From: Octopus vulgaris
Taxonomy: Eukaryota
DNA length: 64,000 nucleotides
Direction of reading: 5' to 3'
Assembly (NCBI GenBank): GCA_951406725.2
Contig: OX597815.1
Coordinates: 198,152,001-198,216,000 of the forward strand
The first letter of the stretch is position 1; each line of letters starts with the position of its first letter. The translations under genes were made by a program, and so were the position numbers. The notes below the pieces were generated by a model. It was not told the DNA's origin, made no database searches, and worked only from the letters and a program-made list of their open reading frames with translations. Shown in pieces: positions 29,290 to 44,089 of the stretch.

Positions 29290-29900
29290 CGGTATTAGTA
29301 ATTCACAAATATATTTGCCACCATGCATTTTAAAAGACTGAAAGTGCAATAGATTCAGAATATCTTCTGAGAATGTCCACTTTGATGTCATCCTCAAAAT
29401 TGCATCCCTTTGATGATTACATCCGGCAAGTTCTGTCGAACTACTGCTGCTCTACCTGACGTCATACTTGTGCCCATTGAATCTTTTGTTTAATTCCTCT
29501 GTGGTACAACGAACATAAATCAAGTTGTATTCGGTACATTCTCTTTCGTACAGCAAATGGGAATCTTCACACGTCCCACCTTCCGTATTAATCGTAACAG
29601 TTTTGTTATGATCCTTGATGGAATTGGCTTGACACATGTTGCACAAGGAACCGAGCTTAATTCTCTTGTCGTTGTTTTCCAGGTTTCAGAAACTCCAATG
29701 GTAGTTTTCCTGAGGTTAGAGGTAGTGTTTGATATTTATCTTATACTTTTATTGCGCTTAAAACGAGGATATTTTACTGCAGTATACAGGTTACTTTCAT
29801 TTAAAACTTTTGAAATGCCAATGAAATTTCAGTGGCGGTTAATTCCTAAAGGATTTCTATCACAAATTTTTATTTGGTTGCTTAAATTATTGGTGTAAGT
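29290..29900 (-). mobile_element. Degraded Penelope-like (Neptune-type) GIY-YIG region
   Basis: CNMCQ...TCEDSHLLY..EC....IYV..T...LNKRFNGHKYDV matches the PLE endonuclease pattern. Confidence 0.65.
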
Positions 29901-30172
29901 TTCACATTCCTTGCTCGTGTACAAAAATATTTACGTGTTTCCGGTATTTTCTTGTATCCGTACAATTCCGTTTTATCCCAAACGAACTGGGATTTCCGAT
30001 TGACCGAATTATATGATGTAGTTAAATGTGGGATTACGTAAGTTTGAAAAGATCTCAGTCACTATACTGCCTCCAGAAAACGTAACCTTTTTTATCCAAA
30101 ATCTCAACGCTGTTATCTATCTTCGTAAAGAATTACGTAAATCTTCTTCTTCTTCTTCTTCTTCTTCTTCTT

Positions 30173-30275
<103 letters not shown>

Positions 30276-30286
30276 TTATTATTATT

Positions 30287-31913
30287 CAGTAGTTTTATTT
30301 TTATTTTTATAGCGTGCTTTCACTTCACTACCGAGCGCAGCTCTGTGTGCCTTGGGTATGTGCTGTGATTTGTTGTGATGCTCTGATGGTTATTGTATGG
30401 AAAGTGTTCTGCGTAGGATGTGTGCAGTGCCTAGTAGTGCAATTTTCTGTATGTTATATGTGTTTGTAAGTCCTGGTGTTTTTGTTATGTATTTGTCTGA
30501 ATATTTTTTTATCATGCCTAATGCACCTACTATGATAGGAATTGTTTCTGTTTTCAGATTCCACATTCTAGTTACCTCTATTTCCAGGTCTTTGTATTTT
30601 GAGAGTTTCTCCATTTCTTTTAGAGAAACGTTGTCATCTGCCGGTACTGATACATCAATTAGAAAGCATTTTTTTCTTCATGGTCTCTGACAACTATATC
30701 TGGTCTGTTGGCCTTAATTTCTCTATCTGTGTGTATCGGCATATCCCAGAGTATGGTTGCTTTCTCGTTTTCTGTGACCTTTTCTGGTGTGTGCCTATAC
30801 CATCTTTTTTCTGTTGTTATTCCATAATGTTGGCATAGCTTCCAATGTATGTAAGTTCCAACTCTGTCATGTCTGTGAATATATTCCTTCTTAGCCAGGA
30901 CTGGGCAGCTAGAGATAATATGATTTATTGTTTCTTGTCCATCTCCACATATTCTGCAGTTACTTGTAATATTTCTTTTCATTACATGTTTTTGGTAATT
31001 TCTGGTGGGGAGGCTTTGGTCTTGTGCTGCAATTAAAAATCCCTCTGTTTCTGCTTTGAGTCCTGAGCTTCTCAACCATTGCTGGGATTTTTCTTTGTCT
31101 ATTTCTTTTTGCGTTTAGTTTAGTCCAGTATTTACCATGAAGGGGCTTTTCTTGCCATCGTTTTATCATGGTTCGTTGCTGTTCTATTTTTAGTTTGGAT
31201 TTCATTTTTTTTATAGCTTTTGTTGTTTCTTCATCTTCTTCTTCTTCTTCATGTTTATTAGGTGGTATGATTTCTTGTTTGTATTTGTCAGCTTCCTTAA
31301 ATACTGAGAACAGTTTTTTGTTTTGCTCGTGTTTTGCCGCTATCTGGATCAGTTTTCCTTCCTTCTGAAGTAGATATTTTTGCAGTCCTATGGTGGTTAT
31401 TTTATAGTAGTTTTCCAGCTGTATAAGGCCTCTACCACCTTCTATACGTTGTATATATAGTCTTTCTATGTCAGATTTTGGGTGATGCATCCTAGATCCT
31501 GTCATTATTTTTCTTGTTTTCCTGTCTATTTTGGTCAGTTCATTTCGTGTCCAGTTAAGGATATTGTAGCTGTAACTTATAACTGGGACAGCTAAAGTGT
31601 TGATACCTATTATCTTGTTTTTAGCATTGAGCTCTGTGTTTAGTATTGATCTAACTCGTCTATAATATTCTTTTTTATTTTCTCTTTCATTTGTGTGTGT
31701 TGTGTCTTATCTAGTTCATGGATTCCTAAGTATTTGTAAGTTTGGCTTTGGTCTAATTCTTTTATTTCATTTGCTTCATCTAGTGTGATGTTGTTACTCT
31801 TAACTAGTTTTCCTCTTTTCATGGTTACTTTGGCGCATTTTTCTAATCCAAATTTCATATCTATTTCTTTGGTAAATCCATGAACTGTCTTTAATAGTGT
31901 TTCCAGCTGTTTG

Positions 31914-31916
<3 letters not shown>
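30287..31916 (-). mobile_element. 5'-truncated R4/Dong-clade LINE (RT C-terminus, CCHC finger, PD-(D/E)xK REL endonuclease, 3' UTR) in (TAA)n
   Basis: MKFGLEKCA, YKYLGI, EGGRGL, CRICGDGQETINHIISSC, RHD and RPDIVV...IDVS...EKLSKY; A-run frameshifts; (TTA)n on both sides. Confidence 0.92.
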
Positions 31917-31980
<64 letters not shown>

Positions 31981-31982
31981 CA

Positions 31983-32043
<61 letters not shown>

Positions 32044-32097
32044 GGAGATGTACTTTCATAGCAAGTGACCTGATCTGAGATCGTGTGCTGGAACGTA

Positions 32098-32253
32098 AAC
32101 AATTGCAGCGTGGAAGGTGTTTGTAAGCCATTTAAAAAACACACAAAAGCCGTTCGATTGACTTCAAAAATTAAACTTAAATATTGAAGTGAATCGAAGG
32201 GCTTTTGTGTGTTTCTTAAATGGATTACAAACACCTTCCACGCTGCAATTGTT
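32098..32253. repeat. Fold-back with ~70 bp arms and a 16 nt spacer
   Basis: aacaattgcagcgtggaaggtgtttgtaa...acttcaa / ttgaagt...ttacaaacaccttccacgctgcaattgtt. Confidence 0.92.
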
Positions 32254-32270
32254 ATTATTATTATTATTAC

Positions 32271-32470
32271 GGTACACTAGGCACAAGCACTATATGTGAT
32301 CCCATAACAAAGTAAACAAGGCATGGACATGCAGGTGGGCCTATGTTAGAAGTTTTTTCAGGTCCAGTAGCTCAAACCACACAGAAGGTCCCTGCATAAA
32401 GGTCGTTTAATGATGGTGAACGAAATACCCATGTTTGCAGAGGTGAATTATCCAAATCCCAAATAATTCC
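32271..32470 (-). mobile_element. Diverged fragment of the non-coding element at 59759-60314
   Basis: Reverse complement aligns to ~60007-60225 (ataattcacctc, ttcgttca, cagggacctt, cacctgca, gtgcct.gtgtacc). Confidence 0.7.
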
Positions 32471-33100
32471 TATGATTGTCGCAAAGTCGACACCTTTGTT
32501 TAGTACTGTTTCTTCAGAGCTTTCTAGATGCAGGCTACTTACATTAATTGCTGCTTTCACAGGTGGGTGACGGACTTCAGTCTTCATTCCCTGTCCTTTT
32601 TAAACTCATAAACTTCTTAATCTGGCGTGTCTACACTATTTCAAATTCATTTATGAAAGACTTGTCTAGATCATGTTAGATTTTCTTTCTATCATCATAT
32701 CTGGTTATTTTCCTAAGTAATGAAGACAGCCTCTCTTTGACTTCGTTATTTAGTTGATGTTTTTTTCCCAACGGTTTTAATGGATCCTCTCACGGACGAG
32801 GTCATGTCGTGTCCTGTTCACTACTCTTCTAGCTTTATATAAAGCCACTGGTGTCATTATATTCAAGCCAGGTGAATATAATGAAACCAGCACTGAGTCT
32901 CTACATCTACACAGGAAAGCTAGATGGTTTGAAAGTCGAGCTAGTTTTTAATGGATTTTCTCTATATGTCTCCATTGAAGTCTAATGTCGGCTTCGTACC
33001 GATTAGATAATGCAGTCCTATATTTAAGAGATGAGAAATTATGTACATTATATACATTTGAAGGATATTTGCCTCATCCTGTTTGTTGTTAACACAACGT
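32471..33100 (-). mobile_element. Penelope-like element 5' part: terminal repeat plus N-terminal coding remnant
   Basis: KLARLSNHLAFLCRCRDS...GLNIMTP...LVRERIH and INVSSLHLESSEETVLNKGVDFA resemble PLE N-termini; 33010-33100 matches repeats at 34440-34600 and 55320-55445. Confidence 0.7.
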
Positions 33101-33210
33101 TAACGCAGCCTCCTAAGCAGATCGAGTGCAGATATGAATAGCGTATGGGAACCAGTATTAAGGAAGGATAGGAGAATATTAGATTTATTAGCCCTAAAAA
33201 TAATAATAAT

Positions 33211-33282
<72 letters not shown>

Positions 33283-33314
33283 TAATAATAATGATAATAA
33301 TAATAATAATAATA

Positions 33315-33356
<42 letters not shown>

Positions 33357-33384
33357 CAATAATAATAATAATAATAATAAAAAC

Positions 33385-33457
<73 letters not shown>

Positions 33458-33462
33458 GAGGG

Positions 33463-34392
<930 letters not shown>

Positions 34393-34442
34393 GAAGAAGA
34401 AGAAGAAGAAGAAGAAGAAGAAGAAGAAGAAGAAGAAGAAGA

Positions 34443-34600
34443 ATATCGAAAAATATCTTAGGAATGAGAACCCAGGTTCGAAATTTCCCCAAGACACTTG
34501 ATGAATGCTGGAGGGTTAAGAACAAACTAGATGAGGACAAATATCCATCAAATGTAAATAATGTATATAATTCCTCATCTTTTAAATATAGAACTGTATA
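34443..34600 (+). repeat. Penelope-like terminal repeat copy with an internally deleted hammerhead
   Basis: aggaatgagaacccaggttcgaaatttccccaagacacttgatgaatgctggaggg, homologous to 55445-55385 on the minus strand. Confidence 0.7.
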
Positions 34601-34604
34601 TACT

Positions 34605-35220
34605 TAGATCACCTTAGATATGTTTCGACCAAAGCTAGGTCCAGGCCATGTCTAACATAATAGCACCACCTGATAGGATTATCTAAATCCTTTTTAAATA
34701 AAGTTTTCTTTATGGTCCATTAAAGTAGTGAGTTCTTGTTGAGTGAGTTGTATCCAGGTATGGGCGATTATCTGATATTTCTTGAAGAAATCTGTCCAAA
34801 CTCCGTTTAAAGATGATGGGATCCTTTTCCTCTTTGATGTGTTTTGGGACAATGTTAATCAGGGCAGGGCCGGTTGAAGAAAAAAAATTATATCGTAATG
34901 TACCTATATGCTGTGATCCTGAATTGGGCAGGGGATTATAGCCTGTGGGCCCAGCCTTGGATGAACCTTGAAACTAATTTTAAGTTCGTTTGGGCAATGC
35001 TGGCGGTTTATTCTCCACATCGTACAAATTTTGTACCACTCGCGGAGAGAGTAGAGTTTCAAGGCTTTAAGGCGGTCCCAGTAATTGCGATCAGCCGTGC
35101 CTTCAATTCGTTTAGTGAGTGCCCTATGGGGTCATTCAATCCCCGTGATGGTTTGTTTTGTTCATGGAGACCACAAGGGGCAGCAGTATTCGAGGTGCAG
35201 CCGTACAAAAGAGGAGAATA
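34605..35220 (-). mobile_element. Degraded CR1-group LINE 3' fragment
   Basis: FSSFVRLHLEYCCPLWSP...NYWDRLKALKLYSL...TGPALINIVPKHIK...FKRSLDRFLQEI. Confidence 0.85.
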
Positions 35221-35480
35221 AATATGAAATTTTTAATTTAGTTCAGAGACCCGAAGGACTACGGACTACCAGGGTTCACAGACCCCCAGGCAGAGAACCA
35301 CTGATCTATTCCTTTCTTCCTTTCGGGATCAATAAAATAAGAATCCGTATAAACCCCTGTGCCGACGTTATCGACCTACCCTATTCTCTAAACTTCCAAG
35401 TTTTGCGCCAAAATTTGTAAAGGTTATTAGTTTTGCTAGTGGAAGTTGTGTTGATGGTGATATTGGTATTGATGGCAGTG

Positions 35481-35523
<43 letters not shown>

Positions 35524-35772
35524 TAGTAGTAGTAGTAGTAGTACTAGTCTCTTTCCAGCTTCTGCTTTCATTCCTCATGCCAAAAGTATTAGATTACCGC
35601 GCAATCGATATTGATTTCTCTTATGCGTATATTTGGATACATGCGCAGACACAAATACATATAAACGTTTACATCCACAGGCATGTGATATAAACATCTA
35701 CACATTAATAAACATAGTATATATTTATTTAAGTATATATATATTAATGTATAAATTGATGTGTCCGTCCTT

Positions 35773-35962
<190 letters not shown>

Positions 35963-36015
35963 GTGTTTTGTATACACAGGAGTTTTGTATACATAAAACA
36001 TGCATTTGCTTTATA

Positions 36016-36084
36016 ATATAGTCACGTGCCGACCAAAGCCTTATGAGTGAATTTGGTAGACGGAAAATGAAAGAAGCCCGTCGT
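36016..36084 (+). mobile_element. SINE family A left-body fragment
   Basis: gccgaccaaagccttatgagtgaatttggtagacggaaaatgaaagaagcccgtcgt. Confidence 0.8.
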
Positions 36085-37680
36085 TTATATAATGGAAAGA
36101 TTAAACATTGTGGTAGTAGTTGCTTTGCGCATTTCTCAATGTGCTCACTAAAAGGTATCATTCTGTATTCTGGGAATGCAATCTGTTGTCGATGCAGTGT
36201 GCATCTACATCTGAGTGATAGTCCCGTGGATCCCACGTAGTCTTGGTGGCAGCCCGAGCATTTTATGACATAAATTATGTTTTCAGAGGCACAAATAAAG
36301 TTAGATTTGATCTTGAATTCCTGTCCCTCTTTGAAGAGGAATTCTGAACCTTCTAGCAGGTTTGGACATGTTGCACAGTTCGATCTACCACATTTTTTTA
36401 CTTTTGCATCCGTAATTTCAGAAAACAATTTTGCCTTTGTGAGAATCTTTTTAAGTGATTTAGGTTGTTTGTAGCTTTTAATGATTTGGTGTATGTTTAG
36501 AATTTCCTTTAATTTGGGGTCCTTATGAAGTATTAGTAAATTCTGGGTGATGATGGTGAAGGCTTCTTTGTTTCTGGGGTTGTATGTAGATATGTAAGGT
36601 AGTATTTTCGGGGAAGGTGTGTCGTTGTGTTGAACTTTTCTTAAAGTTTCTATGTTGATTTATGTTGAACGTCTGATTCCATCCTCTATGAGTTGAGCTG
36701 GGTAATGTCTGTCAATTAGAGTGTTTTTGAGTTCTTGCAGTCTAAAGTTCCTGGTATTTTGTTCTGACACTATTGTGCATATCCTTCTTGCAAGGTTGAA
36801 GGGGATGTTTGTTTTAGTGTGTCTTGGGTGGCATAAATTAAAAAGAAGGTATTGTCTGGCGTCTGTGGCTTTGTAAAAAATGTCTGTTTCTATTTTAAGG
36901 TTAATTTTTTTAATTAGTATATCCAAGAACGGGAGCTCCTTTTGGTTGTATTCCATTGTGAACTGTATATTTGGGTTTATGCTATTCAAAAGGTTTTTTA
37001 AATTTTAGGAGTTTATCTGTGTTTTCATTCCAGAGTATAAAACAATCGTCTAAGAATCGTTTCCAATTCTCTTTTATGTATTGAGAAAGGGGGTTTCTAA
37101 AGATTGGTAAAGATTCCTGGTAAATGATTATTTCCAGGTAGCCCATTGTTAGGTTCGCAATGACTGGTGCTGCCCTTGTACCCATAGCAATTCCGGATTT
37201 TTGACGGTAAAATGTATTGTCAAACATGAAGTGGTTATTATGTAGGATAAATTCAATTGATTTAGTAATGAATTCTTTACTGATACTTTTTGGTATTTCT
37301 TCCGGAAATTGGTCCAGCCAGAACTGTATTGCCTCTAGTCCATAATTATGAGGTATACTGGTATATAAGTTAACTACATAAAATGAAACCAGGATTGTTT
37401 CTTCCTTGGCTTTTTTTGGAAGGTGGTTTAACATATCTAAGTCATCTCTGATATGGCTATCGATATGTTTAAGGAAGGGTTTCAGGAGGATGTCCATAAA
37501 TAGACTTCGTCTGTGTGTTTCACAGGTTGGGCCAGCTACAATGGGTCGTAGTTTTAGGTCCCCCGGGTTAGGTGTGTGTATGTATGTCTTTGGTGATTTT
37601 TTAATGGTTTCATTTATAATTTGGCTTTTATGAATTTTTGGCAGACCATAGAAAAGGCTAGGTTTGCATTTAAAGTTTGT
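36085..37680 (-). mobile_element. Penelope-like element (Neptune type): RT plus GIY-YIG endonuclease, frameshifted and truncated
   Basis: FYGLPKIHK...LRPIVAG, SFYVVNLYTSIP, QKSGIAMGT, RFLDDCF, FTME...LPFLDI, CGRSNCATC finger and NIIYVIKCSGCHQDYVGST. Confidence 0.93.
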
Positions 37681-37735
37681 TAGAAACTATATATTCTATA
37701 TATTCAACCACGTGCCTTCACAAACCAACTTTCTT

Positions 37736-37795
<60 letters not shown>

Positions 37796-37799
37796 GTAT

Positions 37800-38027
37800 G
37801 TGTGTGTATATGATTCTGTGTCTGTGTTTGCCCCCCCCCAACATCGTTTGACAAACGATGCTGATGTTTTTACGTCCCCGTAACTTAGCGGTTTGGCAAA
37901 AGTGACCGATATAACAAGTACTAAGCTTACAAAGAATAAGTTCTGGGGTCGATTTGCTCGACTAAAGGCGGTGCTCCAGCATGGCCACAGTCAAATGACT
38001 GAAACAAGTAAAAGAGTAAAAGAGTAT
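37800..38027 (+). mobile_element. SINE family A right half
   Basis: tacgtccccgtaacttagcgg...ggcggtgctccagcatggccacagtcaaatgactgaaacaagtaaaagagt. Confidence 0.88.
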
Positions 38028-39704
38028 ATACACACACTTTTATAAATAAATATAAAGTACCAATTTATCATTCATAAAGATGAATATTATTGCTAGTACC
38101 TTCGAAATCTCACCCAGTAAAATCCTCGCCGAACTGCAGAAAACATGTGAAGACACAAATGAGTGCTATCGGTAGCATATAATCCTTTGGTCGCGTTATT
38201 TGCGATTAAACCGGCAAACCCACTAGTGAAAGGTGTTGGTACAATCACAGGAGGGCGAAAACAGGACCTGACAAAGGGACAGCTGAACCTAGTGTTGATT
38301 CCGCGACGGTCAAGTAACAGGTATGGAGCTTCATGAAATTTCATTTTGCTGCCCAGCGACCTTGAAGACCACTGGGAATCAAGCATCCTTCGGCTTTTGT
38401 TAATACGTGTATCGAAGAGGTCACTCTGCTATAAAACGAAAGGAATGTCGCTGAACTTTTTATAGATATTTTGCAAGTGCTTGAGATGATGCCGTTCTCT
38501 TATTCCTGAGATTACAACCGATATTGGAACTGGATACTTTGCCCTGGCTTGCTTCTGGATGCTTGGTCTAGTCGTGTTATTTGACAGTTGTCTCGCCGGC
38601 ATTTAAAGAAGCGCATGCGAAACCGAGTGAAACCGACAGGTGATCCAATAACCTCATGGACGGCCATTCTTGGCATTTCTCATGTAAATGTTTTTTTCGG
38701 TCACCTATAGTCAAGTACCACTTCTGCAAGAACCTTGCTGTTATATCTATTCTATGACATATGTGGTAGTATTCTTTGGTAGTAATCTACCCTTACATAA
38801 ACATGCATATACATAAGATGACCTTGTAAGATAAAGGTGAATGTGATGGAACAAGAGAAACATTTGCTATTATCGATCTTTCTTCATTATACTGATGCTC
38901 CTGTTGGAAAACTCCGGCAGAAATCGAGTTGATGTTTGAGAATAGATTACTTCTACGTCCTTCCTGTCTAGTATATATAAACCGATATTTGTATTGTGGC
39001 ACTTCTTCGCCCTTCCTGTCTGATATATCTAAACTGATATTTATATGTTAGTATATTACTCCGACTTTTCGTTCACACCAGATAGCATTTTTTGCATGTG
39101 AAACCACATGCTTCTTTATCTTATCCCTGTTTGGGTTTTATATTCTGCATCAGGAGAATAAGGATTAAACTTTTACTGCTCGATATAAGTTTGGCTAGTG
39201 TTCTTTCTCATCTTTTTTGGCGTCTGAACACTTAATGAGACAGTATTCTATAGTAACATTTATCCATTAGTTTATCCGTGTGATTGTTCTGTTTGCATGT
39301 AAATTTTTTGGTTTCACGTGTGTATATTTCTGCATTTGGCGTGGTCACTGTTCCCGGATTTACGGGAGTTCAATACAACAGAGTATCGTTTACACCGACG
39401 AAAGATTCACACGATAACATGCGATTCATCCAGTATTTGTGGCTGTAACTGGATAGACTGAAATCGTGCTAAGAGAATTGGACATACTATATATCACAAT
39501 GAAGAATTGACATATTGGAGCAACATTCTAATGTTACACATAATATACTCTTTTTCAACGAGAAGGTAATCAAATTGATCCAACATCTGAATACACATCG
39601 CCGAAAACTCTTGAAGGCCATTTACTATTAAGTGAGTAGGAAAATTGTTTACATGTCTGTCTATGTTCCTAAAAGTGAACCAATATTGATGTTATTGCTA
39701 ATAT

Positions 39705-39890
39705 GTATCTTTTACTCTTTTACTTGTTTCAGTCATTTGACTGTGGCCATGCTGGAGCACCGCCTTTAGTCGACCAAATCGCCCCCAGGACTTATTGTTT
39801 GTAAGCTTAGTGCTTATTCTATCGGTCTCTTTTGCCGAACCACTTGTCAAGCGATGTTGGCGGGTGGGACAAATACAGACACACAGACAT

Positions 39891-39954
<64 letters not shown>

Positions 39955-40103
39955 GACGGGCTTCTTTCAGTTTCTATCTACCGAAACCACTCACAAGGCT
40001 TTGGTCGGCCCGAGGCTATAGTAGAAAACACTTGCCCAAGGTGCCACGCAGTGGGACTGAACCTGGAACCATGTGGTTGGTAAACAAGCTACTTACCACA
40101 CAA
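39705..40103 (-). mobile_element. SINE family A copy
   Basis: Tail, microsatellite core and head all present. Confidence 0.9.
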
Positions 40104-41055
40104 CGCATTCGTTTTGTACTGACTGCAACGTATGAAGAATATCTGTAGGCTTCAAGGTAAAATATTTGGTAGGATAGAATTTTGTTGAGGATATTCAAAT
40201 TTTCAGTATTTATATCTTTTATTACTTGCTCTTGTCACTAGCTACGCAGTAAACTTATACTTGGCATTCTTAACCATTATAATTGCTGCTACAACATTAC
40301 AGTTCAACATCTGGTAAACTAAACAATATTATTTATTTACTTTATTGTGAACGACATTTACATGATTTTATTTTTTTTTCATTTTATTGGAAACATAAAT
40401 ATACTGCTTTGCATATATTTATCGTTTCCGCATTTACTACCGACATGTGGATTTTCACTTAAATTTACTGCACCAATGTGTTTCCTATATTCAGTAATAT
40501 CTAGGGAGAATATATAATTCTGTCATATTCCTGATATTCGCAGATACCAATATTGCGAACAATTTCATAATAGCTCTTTTGTATGCAGTCTCACCAAATA
40601 TGTTCCTCATGCATGTCTGTGTTTTTGATATTTCTAAATTTGTTTTCTCTTTTATGCGTTTTATGAAGGAACAGTCGACCTTCAAAATCTTTGATATATT
40701 CTTAATTCAGTCACCTGTGGAAGATGATCAAATTGACGCCTAGAAATTACCCTTCTTACATGGTTAGGTTAACTCTATAATCATGTCATCGTATTTGTTG
40801 TGGTTTAACCCAAGTTAGAGATGAATAAGAAGACAATTGAGCAGAAGCATTCCAGCGCCCAAGCATCTTATCTCTGTGTATATTTGTAGAATGTATTATC
40901 AATTGATACTGTTGGTCTTTTATCATGATAGAATACCATTTAAATTTTGGTCGCTATTTTTAATGAGTGATATTCTGCTTAGGAAAATACATTTCAGCTC
41001 TTTGCTCTATGACTGACTTTTAATTTTAAAAGGTTCATATTCCTTTATATTTAAA

Positions 41056-41490
41056 GAGGCAAGCTGGCAGAATGTGAAACATGGCTAGCGGTGTTTCGAC
41101 CGTTCATACTTCTTGAGCTTAAATTCTGCGAGGTGAACTTTGTCTTTCATCCTTTCAGCATCGATGAAATAAGCACCATTTACGCACTGGGGGGGTCGAT
41201 GAAATGGTCAAGCCCACTCCTCCAAAGTCTCTGAGCTTGTTTGTGTATTGCAGGATTATATATCCAGAAAATGAGGGCAGCGAGCTGGCTGAATCGATAG
41301 CACGCCGAAAAAAATGCTTACCAGAATTTGGTCCGTCTTTACGATTTGAGTTCAAATTCCACTGAGGTCGACTTGGCCTTTCAGCGTTTCTGGGTATATA
41401 AAATATGTATCAGCTGCGCGCAAGAGTCAATGTAATTGAGTTGCTTTCTTTTCTCAAAATTATTGGCCATTGTGCCAAAATTTAAAATCA
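41056..41490 (+). mobile_element. Two adjacent diverged SINE family B copies
   Basis: aagctggcagaatgtg at ~41061 and gagctggctgaatcgatagcacgccg at ~41282. Confidence 0.8.
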
Positions 41491-42061
41491 TTATATGTCT
41501 AAAATGCTGGCATGTCTATAGTTTCCTTAGCCGCCTTACTCTTGGTCATGGTTTGTTCATATGGAAGGCTGTGGTCATTGGATTCAACTCAAAGTTAGCC
41601 CTGATTTAGTAAATCTACGTTCTAATACATTGAAAAAGCAGTCCGGTGAGATTTGAAGGAAATTATATTTCTCAAGCTGTATACATCATTAGGTTGTAAT
41701 ACTATTTGCCTATCTCTGAGTTAGATGTTGTTGTCTAGACCCAGGTGAGAATTCATTGAGCTGAACATGACCGACTGTTTGTTATCCGTGACAATCCATT
41801 GCTTTATTTAAACGTAGAGTAATACTTTATTGTGGAACGATTTCTACACCAAGCAACTGCGTAAATTTTCTCAATAAAATTTATATATTAAGCTAATTTC
41901 TATATAGCTAATTTCTATATAAACTAATTCATATATTAAAACTGATTTATGTTTGTTTTCCTTTTTCAAAGTAAAAATATTATTTATCATTAATTTAGTT
42001 AGTAATGTAAGTTCAAATTTATGAAACTCTTTTCCTTTCTTGCGACACACACACACATATA

Positions 42062-42120
<59 letters not shown>

Positions 42121-42332
42121 ATTAAGTAAATGGAAACACGGAGAGAATTATTTACAGAATTCATGATGTGATATCCTGAATGAAAATACATATAGAAAGA
42201 CGTGATATGTACAATATGATAAGCAGTATTATGATACTTTGCGAAGCTAAATATAATATTTCCTTTTTTCTTCTTGTGACTTGTTCCCTGTAATATTTTT
42301 GATCTCAGGTTTCAGATAAGAATATACAAAAG

Positions 42333-43095
42333 CGGAGGAGTGGGTGTGTCTCAGTAGATGTTACAGACAGAAACTAAAAAGTGACCGTCGGATATAAATG
42401 TATATATCTATGTGTGTATGATTTTGTGTTTGTGTTTGACTCCCCCATCATCACTTTACAACCAGTGTTGGTGTTTTTACGTCCCTGTATCTTAGCGGTT
42501 CAGCAAAAAGATACTGTTAGAATAATTACTACGTTTAAAAATACGTCCTGGTGTCGGTCGACGTGTTCAATTACAATCCTTCGAGGCGTTGCTACAGCAT
42601 GACCCCAGTTAAATGGTTAAGATAGATAAAAAGAAAAATAATATATACATAAATATTTACACACATATCACTTTTAATTGGAATGTTGTATACATATTTA
42701 TATGCATACACACATACCATGCATATACATACATACATACATACATACATACATACATACATACGTACATACATAGCCTCGGGCCGACAAAAGCCTTGTG
42801 AGTGGATTTGGTTTACGGAGTCTGAATGAAGCCCGTCGTGTGTATGTGTGCCTGTGTGCTTGTGTGTGTGTGTGTGTGTGTGCGTGCGATTTTGTGTCTG
42901 TGTTTTCCCCCACCCCAACATCGCTTGTCAACCGATGTTGGTATGTTTATATCCCTGTAACTTAGATGTTCGGCAATAAAGACTGATAGAATAAGTAGTA
43001 GGCTTTCACAGAATAAGTCCTGGAGTGGATTCATTCGACTAAAGACAGTGCTCCAGTATGGCGGCAGTCGAACGACTGAAACAAATAAAATAATG
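42333..43095 (+). mobile_element. Two partial SINE family A copies (~42333-42635 and ~42773-43095)
   Basis: gtccctgtatcttagcggttcagcaaaa; atagcctcgggccgacaaaagccttgtgagtggatttgg...gactgaaacaaataaaa. Confidence 0.8.
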
Positions 43096-43123
43096 AATTA
43101 ATATGCGTGCATGTGCGAGTTGG

Positions 43124-43182
<59 letters not shown>

Positions 43183-43672
43183 ATACACACACATATTTCT
43201 ATCTATCAGTCTCTTACATATATGTGTTTGTGTCTGTGTTTGTGTTTGTGTGTGGTATGCAAGTGTGTGTATGTATGTATATACCTAATCGTATGTGTTA
43301 TTGTTTTGTGTGTGTATCACGCGCTCCACCTCTGAGGACGTAAACAACCCCACGTCCCTAAAAAGCTTCTGCAAGACAGACTTATAGAATAGACACTGGG
43401 CTTAATAGAAAGATATGCGATAGTGTTGTTCCATTCATTCAAGTAAAACATTTGGAGCCGTTTCCCTACATTAGCGGTAGTCCTTACGATGAAGCTGATA
43501 AAACATATATATGCATGTATGTGTGGTTTGCTAGAGTGTGTGTGTGTGTGTGTGTGTGTGCATAGATGGATAAGTGTGTTAGTAGGTGTGTGTGAATGTG
43601 CTTGTTGTGCAGGATGATATCACGATGATAGTTGTGATCGAAGTGTCTTCCTATATTTACTGACAAATATTT

Positions 43673-43733
<61 letters not shown>

Positions 43734-43915
43734 GTGTAACTGAAAACGGTAAAAGAAAAATATCCGTGTGGTAATATACTTTCTTGAAACACTGTTAATA
43801 AGAAGGAACTGTAGCAGACACTTTAAAAATAAATGTTATTTTATATTTTTTTATCTAATTGATTGAAAATGACAAAGTATATGTCTATGGACATGAAACA
43901 GACTTCATACATACA

Positions 43916-43951
<36 letters not shown>

Positions 43952-44058
43952 TACATATATATATTATATTTATTTATTTATATATATAAATATATATACA
44001 TTATATTTATATATATATATATGTATGTATACATATATGTATATGCATATATATATTC

Positions 44059-44089
<31 letters not shown>

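Noticed and set aside
38300-39450. Possible ancient R4/Dong remnant on the minus strand
   Set aside because: Only faint resemblances (VPISVVISGI, QSDLFDTRI), too weak to call without a profile search.
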